This document shows, piece after piece, positions 20,480 through 27,984 of a DNA stretch of 63,675 bases; the stretch's first letter is position 1; the number at the start of each line of letters is the position of its first letter. The stretch is taken from assembly GCA_902564345.1 (NCBI GenBank), contig CACFAY010000005.1, forward strand, positions 1-63,675. Reading direction: 5' to 3'. The notes below the pieces were generated by a model. It was not told the DNA's origin and ran no database searches. It saw only the letters and a list, made by a program, of their open reading frames with translations. The translations under genes were made by a program, and so were the position numbers. The DNA comes from an uncultured SAR324 cluster bacterium. GTDB lineage: Bacteria > SAR324 > NAC60-12.

Positions 20480-20800
20480 TATGGTAAAACTCTTTATGGG
20501 TGGTGAGAATATACTGATTATGTTTGGAAAGGATTTGGAGAAAAAGAAATTCACCCAAAATATAAAGGTATCGTTGAGAAAGGAGCTCCAAATGGTCTAG
20601 GATATTTGATTTACCCTTATGGAAGTAGGTATTTTAGAAGATGGAGGAATGGGGAAATGAATGGCCAGGGAACATTCACTTCCCTAAAGGGAAAAAGTAT
20701 GTTGGGGAATGCAAAAACAGTAGATTTTGAAACATAATAGGTAAACACAAAGACGGAAACATCTTACAAAAATTTTCGAAAAGAAAAGTAGTAAAATCAA
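20480..20800 (+). pseudogene. Decayed MORN-repeat gene (paralog of 186-659)
   Basis: ..YGKTLYGW*EYTDYVWKGFGEKEIHPKYKGIVEKGAPNGLGY..GEMNGQGTFT, then a -1 frame change near 20680 into FPKGKKYVGECKNSRF*NIIGKHKDGN. In-frame TGA codons at 20504 and 20728. Confidence 0.55.
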
Positions 20801-20923
20801 TAAACCTACTTAATTCTTCTGTGTCAGATGATCAAAAAGAACACCTTTCGCGATTGGGCATTCGTCTAGTCGTGTGCAGATTACATCCTCAATCAGAACT
20901 CTCTTAGATGGAATTTAACAGTA

Positions 20924-21199
20924 TCAACTCTCGAACTTTTTTTCTATTTCAGGAAAATCAATTCTTAATTCTGATCTGCTCATATTTTCTGCTACAACAG
21001 TTCCATCAAGATTTTGTATGGTAAATCTAGTATTACCATTTTTATCAGAATATTGCAGTAGTTGTAGATTATTTGATGTTAGTACAATTTCTGGTGTTGA
21101 TTTATTAAAATTTGCATAATCTTTACTATTACAATCTCCAGCAAATAAAATCCCCAAACTTGTGAACATCATTAACGAAGTAAATATAAATTTTTTCAT
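20924..21199 (-). CDS. Small secreted hypothetical protein
   Basis: 91-aa ORF with a signal peptide (MKKFIFTSLMMFTSLGILFA). Confidence 0.4.
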   Translation of the reverse strand: MKKFIFTSLMMFTSLGILFAGDCNSKDYANFNKSTPEIVLTSNNLQLLQYSDKNGNTRFTIQNLDGTVVAENMSRSELRIDFPEIEKKFES

Positions 21200-21446
21200 G
21201 TGGTTTTCAAAAGTTAAAATATTAAATTTTATGTAACTAACATATTATAAATGAGAAGTTATTATCTAATCAAGTGATAATGAAATGTTTTTTTGTTAAA
21301 TATACCCTAAGAGATTATTCTTTCTATTTTAAATTAATATATCCTTCTAAATCTTTGGGATTAATGCTAAGAAAATAGGAAGTATTTGGTACGTTTTTAT
21401 AGAGATAATCGGGATAAATTGACACATTTCAGTTAAGAAAATGCTC

Positions 21447-21478
21447 TTGACCTTCACAAATCTATCACTAAAAGTAAT
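21447..21478 (+). promoter_or_regulatory. Putative promoter with overlapping palindromic operator
   Basis: TTGACC, 16 nt, TAAAAG. ATCACTAAAAGTAAT lies at 21464-21478. Confidence 0.3.
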
Positions 21479-21495
21479 GGATTTATCGTCTCGAA

Positions 21496-22008
21496 TTAGA
21501 AATACCAACCTAATTTATATCCTATTCCACCTATTGCAGTTCCAATATCTGCTGAAGTTCCGTCAGATGTTTCAATAGTACCTGCCATTGCTAATCCAAA
21601 AGTAAGTTCGTTATAGAAATTTTCCCATCTCCATTGATATCCACCTTCACCTCCTAAAGTCGTGATTGAACCTGATCCACTTTGCACAGAACTTGACCAA
21701 GAATACGATATTAAACTAATACTTCCACCAACAAAAAGACTATTATTCTCCTTTTCAAAATAGAATCTCCCATGAGGACTAATTCCGGTAATACTAAATT
21801 TCCAATCAGAAGAATTATAATTCCAAGTGAATCCACTTACACCTAAACTAATTTCAGGTTTTATTCTTCTCTCATAAGAACCATTTATTACTCCACTTAA
21901 AAATGGCATAGGAGATGTTCCTACTGAATCTACTTGTTTAACTTCTGACAAAGCAAAGTTTGGCAAAAAAAACAAAAAAATTGTAAAAAATAACTTAGAT
22001 CTTGTCAT
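21496..22008 (-). CDS. Small outer-membrane beta-barrel protein
   Basis: Signal peptide, Gly/aromatic-rich alternating strands, C-terminal ...GWYF. Confidence 0.55.
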   Translation of the reverse strand: MTRSKLFFTIFLFFLPNFALSEVKQVDSVGTSPMPFLSGVINGSYERRIKPEISLGVSGFTWNYNSSDWKFSITGISPHGRFYFEKENNSLFVGGSISLISYSWSSSVQSGSGSITTLGGEGGYQWRWENFYNELTFGLAMAGTIETSDGTSADIGTAIGGIGYKLGWYF

Positions 22009-22243
22009 AATGATTCCTCTATTTAGAATTAATAAAAAATTAGCCGAAAAGAAGGGGAATATAGCATAACACTTTTTCCCAAACTTCCTACCCTCATCTC
22101 AATCATTTTTTAGGGTTTTTCTATAAGGTGCACATTTAAATCCGCCCTCCTTTCAATTATAACACTTTCACTAGTTCTGCTTTACTCATCTATAAATTTT
22201 TTTTGATTCCATAAGACCTAGGTTAGAATTTACTGGATGATGT

Positions 22244-22275
22244 TTGACAGTCACCTAACCATCACTAAAAGTGAT
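22244..22275 (+). promoter_or_regulatory. Putative promoter with overlapping perfect palindrome
   Basis: TTGACA (22244-22249), 16 nt, TAAAAG (22266-22271). ATCACTAAAAGTGAT (22261-22275) has 6-3-6 symmetry. Confidence 0.35.
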
Positions 22276-22390
22276 AGAAAAAATGTCATCAATAATTGCC
22301 TCAAGAAAAATCTCTTCTAAATTTAAAATTATTGTTAGATATTAGCTTATTATCATATGCTAATTTGTCATTTTATTGCTAATGCTTTGG

Positions 22391-22540
22391 ATTAATTTAT
22401 ACTATTTTTATTTGAGGACTTAATTTTATTTCCATGTTTGATATGCTTCTAGCAACTGTTGAGAAGGTTAGTATCTAATAGTTGTATATGTATAGTTTGA
22501 TTAGATAGTTTGAATTTGTGATTGTTTTAAATTAATTTTC
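22391..22540 (+). other. Orphan copy of a conserved ~150-nt element containing a 14-codon micro-ORF
   Basis: Roughly three-quarters identical by eye to 25560-25705. Micro-ORF at 22434-22478 (MFDMLLATVEKVSI*). No CDS follows. Confidence 0.5.
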
Positions 22541-22763
22541 TTCACCATTTTCTCTATAATGGCTCTCTTTTAGACCTTTCAGGAAAGAAAAGTCACTTGT
22601 CAATTACTAAAAAGAACAAAATGAGTGAAATAATAAGGAAATAATCAAATATTTCTACCCAGAAAATTCTTAGTTACTGTTTAGGTTAATTGTATCAGGA
22701 GTGGGGGGAGATGAGGTGGGGATCTAAATTATACATAATCCCTTACTACAGTTAAAAAGCATT

Positions 22764-23414
22764 TTACAACACTTTATTATCTAGTTCGTGTTTAAGTACT
22801 TTATTCCAAAAATTCTCATGATCAAGGCGCATCATGATAGACTGTCCTTTTAGTGCTGCATCTGGAGAACGATGCAACAGTCCATTGGGCCCACCGCGGA
22901 ATATTGCGACATCCCAAATGTCCATAAACTTTCGTTTTGAGGGGTCTTTTAAGATTTGCTCATTGGACATTCCGCGGTAATAGGCTTTTCGATCTGCGGC
23001 GTTCTCAGGAAGCCATTCAGTGCCTATTCCAGCATATGTTACTAACAACCTCATAGAAACGTTATCTATATGATAGCGTTGGCAAACTCTTTGTGTTCCT
23101 AAGCTAAAGCCTACAGAGTTAATATCGAGAATTCGACAAAAAATGTTACAAATTATTGACATATCATTAACCCAAATTGTGTAAAAAGAATGAGTTTGCA
23201 ATTCGTTTGGGATATCATTTTTAAGAATATATTTTATATCATTTTTGCTGCTATCTTTAAAAATCTGACCTAAAACTTTGAAATTTGTTTTCATTAATTT
23301 TTGAAAAAACTCATCTGAACCTTTTTTTGGCTTCCGTTCCAATACAGCTAATGGATCACATCGATTTAGGAATTTCGGTAAAGATTCTAGATTTGAGGCT
23401 TTAAAAATACTCAT
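22764..23414 (-). CDS. Unknown protein, paralog 2 (possibly DUF1826 family)
   Basis: Shares YHIDNVSMRLLVTYAGIGTEWLPENAADR and GLLHRSP..MMRLD with the upstream gene. Confidence 0.55.
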   Translation of the reverse strand: MSIFKASNLESLPKFLNRCDPLAVLERKPKKGSDEFFQKLMKTNFKVLGQIFKDSSKNDIKYILKNDIPNELQTHSFYTIWVNDMSIICNIFCRILDINSVGFSLGTQRVCQRYHIDNVSMRLLVTYAGIGTEWLPENAADRKAYYRGMSNEQILKDPSKRKFMDIWDVAIFRGGPNGLLHRSPDAALKGQSIMMRLDHENFWNKVLKHELDNKVL

Positions 23415-23416
23415 TT

Positions 23417-24112
23417 TTAATTGTTTAAAAAATCAAGAGTCAGCATCAGTCGGTATTTTTCACTTAGCAATTGCGGTGAGCGATGAATGAGCCCTGCACC
23501 TTGATTACCTTCCCAAGCTTCGCCCTTGAGCAAAGCAACGTCTCCTTTTTTCAATTTTTGAATGTCGGTTTTACAATTAACAAGTCCTGATGTATCATTC
23601 GAGTTTCTTTGGTTTTCCAGACCAAATTTACTGCGATCAGCAGCAAGGTGAGGTATCCATTCTGTTGCAATGCCTTGATAAGTAGTTATTAGTCGACATG
23701 GAACGCGATCTACGTGAAAATTAGGGCACATGGCAGTGTCCAATGCTATTAATCTCAATCCAGCTTGTTTGAGGCCAAATAAGCAGCAGAACATTTCGAC
23801 TAATTTTACAATATCTTTACTAAGTAATGTTGCCGCGTCTGTATGTCCAAGAGCTTTCTTGAGAGATAAGCATTCGTCTTGTGGTGTGACGACCAATGAT
23901 ATTTTTAGTTTGGGGTTTGTATCAAGAATCTTTTTAGCGGCTTGATTTAACATCGAGGTAAGTTTTCGTTGCCAGATGACAATATTAGTTTCCTTCTTAT
24001 AAATATCCGTGAGCACGTCCACTTGGCTTCCCTTGAAACTCCACCCAACTTTTTTTGCTAACACAGATGTTTTGGTTAATGAGGTTTGTCGGTTCATGTG
24101 ATTTGTTTCCAT
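23417..24112 (-). CDS. Unknown protein, paralog 1 (possibly DUF1826 family)
   Basis: FHVDRVPCRLITTYQGIATEWIPHLAADR and GLIHRSP..LMLTLD. Overlaps the COG0523 stop by 19 nt. Confidence 0.55.
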   Translation of the reverse strand: METNHMNRQTSLTKTSVLAKKVGWSFKGSQVDVLTDIYKKETNIVIWQRKLTSMLNQAAKKILDTNPKLKISLVVTPQDECLSLKKALGHTDAATLLSKDIVKLVEMFCCLFGLKQAGLRLIALDTAMCPNFHVDRVPCRLITTYQGIATEWIPHLAADRSKFGLENQRNSNDTSGLVNCKTDIQKLKKGDVALLKGEAWEGNQGAGLIHRSPQLLSEKYRLMLTLDFLNN

Positions 24113-25296
24113 TCAGGAAAAGGGTCGGTCAACGTTACCCAATATTCTTCTCCTTTTTGCAATTCATCGTCTGATAAAAGGGATTTATTTAGAGTATTTA
24201 CGATAGCCTTTCGATTTAGTTCTTGGCCAATAAATACTAATTCTTGGCGCTTGTCACCAAATGGTTCCTCCCATTGTTTCTGAATGGAGGTTAAGGAGTC
24301 TTCATCTGAGGGCCAATCTTCTTTTGGAACAGATTCCCAAAACATTCCGGCAAAACCATAACTTCCAATACCACCAGCTTGACTCCACTGCCCGACATAT
24401 TTAGGTCGAGAGGCCAACCAAAAGTAGCCTTTTGACCGAATCAATTTGCCAAATTTTTCAGTATCATGAAGAAACTGGTAGAATTTTTCAGGATGAAATG
24501 GGCGACGTGCGACATAGCTAAAGCTGCTGATTCCATATTCTTCCGTCTCAGGGATATGTTCTCCTCGTATTTCTTTAAGCCAGCCAGGGGCTTGTTGAGC
24601 AAGTTCAAAATTAAATAAACCTGTACTGAGTACGTCTTGGATGTTTACCTGACCGTTACTAATGGGTATTATTCGAGCATGGGTATTTAGTGTCTTCAGA
24701 ATAGCATTCAATCTCTTTACATCGTTCTTTTCGACTAAATCTGTTTTGCTGATCAGAATCACATCGGCGAATTCTACTTGGTCAGTTAGCAAATCAGCTA
24801 CATTTCGTTCATCGTCTTCTCCCAAGGATTCACCAGATTCTTTTAAATATTTTGCTTCATCGTAATCATTCAAAAAATTGACAGCATCAACTACTGTGAC
24901 CATGGTATCTAGAGTTGCTACGTCTGACAGTGAATCACCATTTTCATCAGCAAAAGTAAAAGTTTCTGCTACTGGTAATGGCTCCGAAATGCCTGTTGAC
25001 TCAATTACCAGGTAATCAAATTTGCCTTCTTTAGCTAGTTTATTAACTTCTAGCAGGAGGTCTTCTCGAAGTGTACAGCAGATGCAGCCATTGCTCATTT
25101 CGATTAATTTCTCTTCCTTATGACTTAATGAGACTTCGTTTTTTATAATAGAAGAATCGATGTTGATATCGCTCATATCATTTACAATTACAGCAACTTT
25201 CTTCCCTTGATGATTATTGAGAATATGGCTAAGTACAGTCGTTTTGCCAGCGCCAAGAAAACCAGAAAGAACAGTTACAGGTAATATTTTTGTCAT
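24094..25296 (-). CDS. COG0523-family (CobW/ZigA/YeiR-like) metallochaperone GTPase
   Basis: P-loop GFLGAGKTT, metal motif GCICCT, ESTGISEP, SKTD, CobW C-terminal domain. Confidence 0.88.
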   Translation of the reverse strand: MTKILPVTVLSGFLGAGKTTVLSHILNNHQGKKVAVIVNDMSDINIDSSIIKNEVSLSHKEEKLIEMSNGCICCTLREDLLLEVNKLAKEGKFDYLVIESTGISEPLPVAETFTFADENGDSLSDVATLDTMVTVVDAVNFLNDYDEAKYLKESGESLGEDDERNVADLLTDQVEFADVILISKTDLVEKNDVKRLNAILKTLNTHARIIPISNGQVNIQDVLSTGLFNFELAQQAPGWLKEIRGEHIPETEEYGISSFSYVARRPFHPEKFYQFLHDTEKFGKLIRSKGYFWLASRPKYVGQWSQAGGIGSYGFAGMFWESVPKEDWPSDEDSLTSIQKQWEEPFGDKRQELVFIGQELNRKAIVNTLNKSLLSDDELQKGEEYWVTLTDPFPEWKQIT

Positions 25297-25340
25297 GATG
25301 GAGTAAACCTTTCCTTTTTAAAATTAAGAATGAAAAATGT

Positions 25341-25355
25341 GTAATGTTATTACAT
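25341..25355. promoter_or_regulatory. Zur box upstream of the COG0523 operon
   Basis: GTAATGTTATTACAT (arms TGTAAT / ATTACA), about 45 nt upstream of the start codon. Confidence 0.65.
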
Positions 25356-25559
25356 AACGATAAGTTAAACAAGCGTATTCAAAATTCCGAATTAATTGTC
25401 TTTTGAATTAGCTTTTTCAAAAAAATCTGAGAACCTATTTATGTTTGTGAGCTAAAGGATTTTAACCAGCTTTAGGTATAATTATTTTTAAAATTAAATG
25501 TCTCGACAAACTCTAAGTTTTTGCTTAAGATCGGTGTTTTTTTATCCAGAAATAATTGT

Positions 25560-25705
25560 ATTAATTAGTACAATTCTATCTGAGGCTTTAATTTTACTTA
25601 CATGTTTCATATTGTTTTAGGAACTGTTAAGAAGATTAGTTTTTAGTTGTTGTATATTTGTATTTTGGATTGGATTGTTTGAATTTGTGACTTTTTAATT
25701 TTTTG
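25560..25705 (+). other. Conserved ~150-nt element forming the leader of the BNR-propeller gene
   Basis: Homologous to 22391-22540. Micro-ORF at 25602-25646 (MFHIVLGTVKKISF*). Ends about 30 nt before ATG 25735. Confidence 0.5.
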
Positions 25706-25734
25706 CTTTTTTAAGCACTTTCTTAAAAAATATT

Positions 25735-26796
25735 ATGAAAAAATTATTATATTGGTTGGTATCAATATTCACTATCACAGTAATAGTCTCTTCATGTAGT
25801 GATTGTCCTCCAGCAACTACCGATTATGAGAAAATACGTCAGTCTTTAAATGTCTCCCCATGTTCTAATGGCACCTTTACTCGTTCTTCATCTTCCGACG
25901 AGGACTCATCTTCCTCAGACAATTCTTCCTCATCTTCCTCAGGCTCAGGAATATTTATAGGAGTTGGTAATTCAGGAAATATCGTGTTATCAACAGATAA
26001 TGGATCATCTTTTGATAATGTTACATCATCAACAGCAGATCGTCTTAGAGGAGTTACCTTTGGTAACGAAATCTTTGTAGCAGGTGATACCACAGGAAAC
26101 ATAGTGAGATCAACAGATAATGGATCAACTTGGGATAATGCGACTTCACCAACTTCAAATGCTCTGAGAGGAGTTTCCTTTGGGAACGATATTTTCCTAG
26201 CAGTTGCTGTCTCAGGAAACATATTGAGATCAACAGATAATGGATCATCTTTTGACAATGCAACTTCACCAACTTCAAATAGTCTTATAGGAATTACCTT
26301 TGGGAATGATATCTTCGTAGCAGTTGGTAATTCAGGAAATATCGTGAGATCAACAGACAATGGATCATCTTTTGATAATGCTACTTCTCCTACTGGAAAT
26401 AATCTTTGGGGAATCGAATTTGGAAACGATATCTTCGTAGGAGTTGGTGTCTCAGGAAACATTTTGAGATCAACAGATAATGGATCAACTTGGGATAATG
26501 TCACATCAAATCTACCAGATAATAGTACCTATGATCTTTTGGGAGTTACCTTTGGGAACGATATCTTCGTAGCAGTTGGGAAATCAGGAAATATCGTGAG
26601 ATCAACAGACAATGGATCAACTTGGGATAATGCGACTTCGCCTACTGGTAATGCCCTATATGAAGTGACGTTTGGGAATGATATCTTTGTAGGAGTTGGT
26701 GCATCAGGAAACGTAGTTAGGTCAACAGACAATGGATCAACTTGGGATAATGTGACTTCGCCTACTGGGAATACTTTGTATGGAGTCACCTTCTAA
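25735..26796 (+). CDS. Lipoprotein with seven BNR/Asp-box blades (beta-propeller)
   Basis: Lipobox VSSC, Ser-rich linker, seven 40-aa units each carrying S-T-D-N-G-S-[ST]-[WF]-D. Confidence 0.8.
   Translation: MKKLLYWLVSIFTITVIVSSCSDCPPATTDYEKIRQSLNVSPCSNGTFTRSSSSDEDSSSSDNSSSSSSGSGIFIGVGNSGNIVLSTDNGSSFDNVTSSTADRLRGVTFGNEIFVAGDTTGNIVRSTDNGSTWDNATSPTSNALRGVSFGNDIFLAVAVSGNILRSTDNGSSFDNATSPTSNSLIGITFGNDIFVAVGNSGNIVRSTDNGSSFDNATSPTGNNLWGIEFGNDIFVGVGVSGNILRSTDNGSTWDNVTSNLPDNSTYDLLGVTFGNDIFVAVGKSGNIVRSTDNGSTWDNATSPTGNALYEVTFGNDIFVGVGASGNVVRSTDNGSTWDNVTSPTGNTLYGVTF
25975..26796 (+). repeat. Seven in-frame tandem coding repeats, 120-bp period (one of 132 bp)
   Basis: CAACAGAYAATGG recurs at 25991, 26111, 26231, 26351, 26471, 26603 and 26723. 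Confidence 0.9.
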
Positions 26797-27055
26797 AATA
26801 ACCATTTCTAACTTAATGAAGATGTATGACAAAGGGGTTCATTTGTAGAACCTATGTACTCATTGGCAAACAATTCTGAGAGCCTTCTACTATTTATGGC
26901 TTCTATTTAAGTTATGGTGGAGAAGAGGGGGGGTGAGCAACTTAATATAATCTTTACCAATTTAGTTATTATATTAAATTTAATACTTATTGAATCATGA
27001 AGTTAAGTAGAAAATAAGTTTATATGTTCGATTTCGTATTGAGAGTGATTTATAT

Positions 27056-27523
27056 TTAATTATCTTTATGATGAGAGTCTGTTTCTGAAGGTGGGAGATA
27101 ATAAATCAACTCGCTAGGATGGACTAATCCTAGGTTTTTACGTGCAACTAGTTCAATGTATTCAGGGTTTGTCTTCAATGCATTAATTTCCTCTTGCTTC
27201 ACAGCTTTTTCAATGCGCATTGATTTAATTTGGTGAGTTAATGTTATTTCATAATTTTCAAGTCTGTTAGTAGCGTTAATACCATAGCTTCCAATAACTG
27301 TAATAACAAGCATTATTGCTCCAAAACTTGCTATAAGTACCATTGTAAAAAGTGAACGCCATTCTTCATTTTCCTTGGCTGAAATTACTGGTCTTTCTTC
27401 TTTTTTTGGAGGAGTAAAAAGGCCATTAACGTATAGAATACGGTCATGATTTTTGAGGAGTTTAGTCTTCAAAACAGGTCTTACTTGCTTTTTTAAGCTT
27501 TTTTTAGCTGTTGGGTATTGCAT
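27056..27523 (-). CDS. ftsB: FtsB/DivIC-type septum formation initiator
   Basis: Basic N-terminus, one TM, coiled coil, NPEYIELVARKNLGLVHPSELIY. Confidence 0.6.
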   Translation of the reverse strand: MQYPTAKKSLKKQVRPVLKTKLLKNHDRILYVNGLFTPPKKEERPVISAKENEEWRSLFTMVLIASFGAIMLVITVIGSYGINATNRLENYEITLTHQIKSMRIEKAVKQEEINALKTNPEYIELVARKNLGLVHPSELIYYLPPSETDSHHKDN

Positions 27524-27588
27524 TTTGATTAATAGATAAAAAAATTTTTCCGTAAAATATATATCTTTTTTTAAAAAAAATTATATTT

Positions 27589-27963
27589 TTAAGGTGCTAA
27601 TTGCTTGGTGTGTTTATCTTTTGCAGTGATACATTGACCCTCCATATAAGCACCTTCCTGAATTAAAAGTTGACCCGAAGGGACATGCACCTCTCCATGT
27701 AAATTTGCAGTTGAATTTACCTCCAATCTCTCGTGAACTAGCATGTCACCATTTATTTTTCCTGCTACAATAACGACGTTGCCCTCGATTTTTCCATTAA
27801 TATTACCTGTCTCAGATACTATTATTTCTTGGTCACCATGAAGAGAACCTTCTACAGTACAGCTTACTATTATTTTCTTTTCAGTATAAATTGTTCCCTG
27901 AATAAGCAAATCTTCACCTAAATATCCAAGTCCTTCTTGCGATGAATAATATTGTTTAGACAT
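27589..27963 (-). CDS. Bactofilin
   Basis: DUF583-type beta-helical repeats (IxGxIxxxxxIxVxGxVxG). Confidence 0.8.
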   Translation of the reverse strand: MSKQYYSSQEGLGYLGEDLLIQGTIYTEKKIIVSCTVEGSLHGDQEIIVSETGNINGKIEGNVVIVAGKINGDMLVHERLEVNSTANLHGEVHVPSGQLLIQEGAYMEGQCITAKDKHTKQLAP

Positions 27964-27984
27964 ATAAATTTATTTAAATTTTTT

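Noticed and set aside
20504-20730. In-frame TGA at a position where the MORN family has Trp (RF*N), which could suggest TGA-as-Trp recoding (genetic code 4).
   Set aside because: Long ORFs up to 870 aa are intact under the standard code. TGA clearly terminates real genes, for example the desaturase at 2482. The same locus also has a frameshift and a TGA at a non-Trp position. A pseudogene is the simpler explanation.
25839-26789. Minus-strand ORFs (221, 74 and 86 aa) across the BNR-propeller gene.
   Set aside because: The periodic repeats keep the antisense frames open. The plus-strand product has a lipobox and canonical Asp-box motifs, while the antisense products have none.
25975-26796. Regular tandem repeats that could be mistaken for a CRISPR array.
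   Set aside because: The 120-bp period has no repeat/spacer alternation, and the repeats are in-frame coding units of one protein. No cas genes are present.
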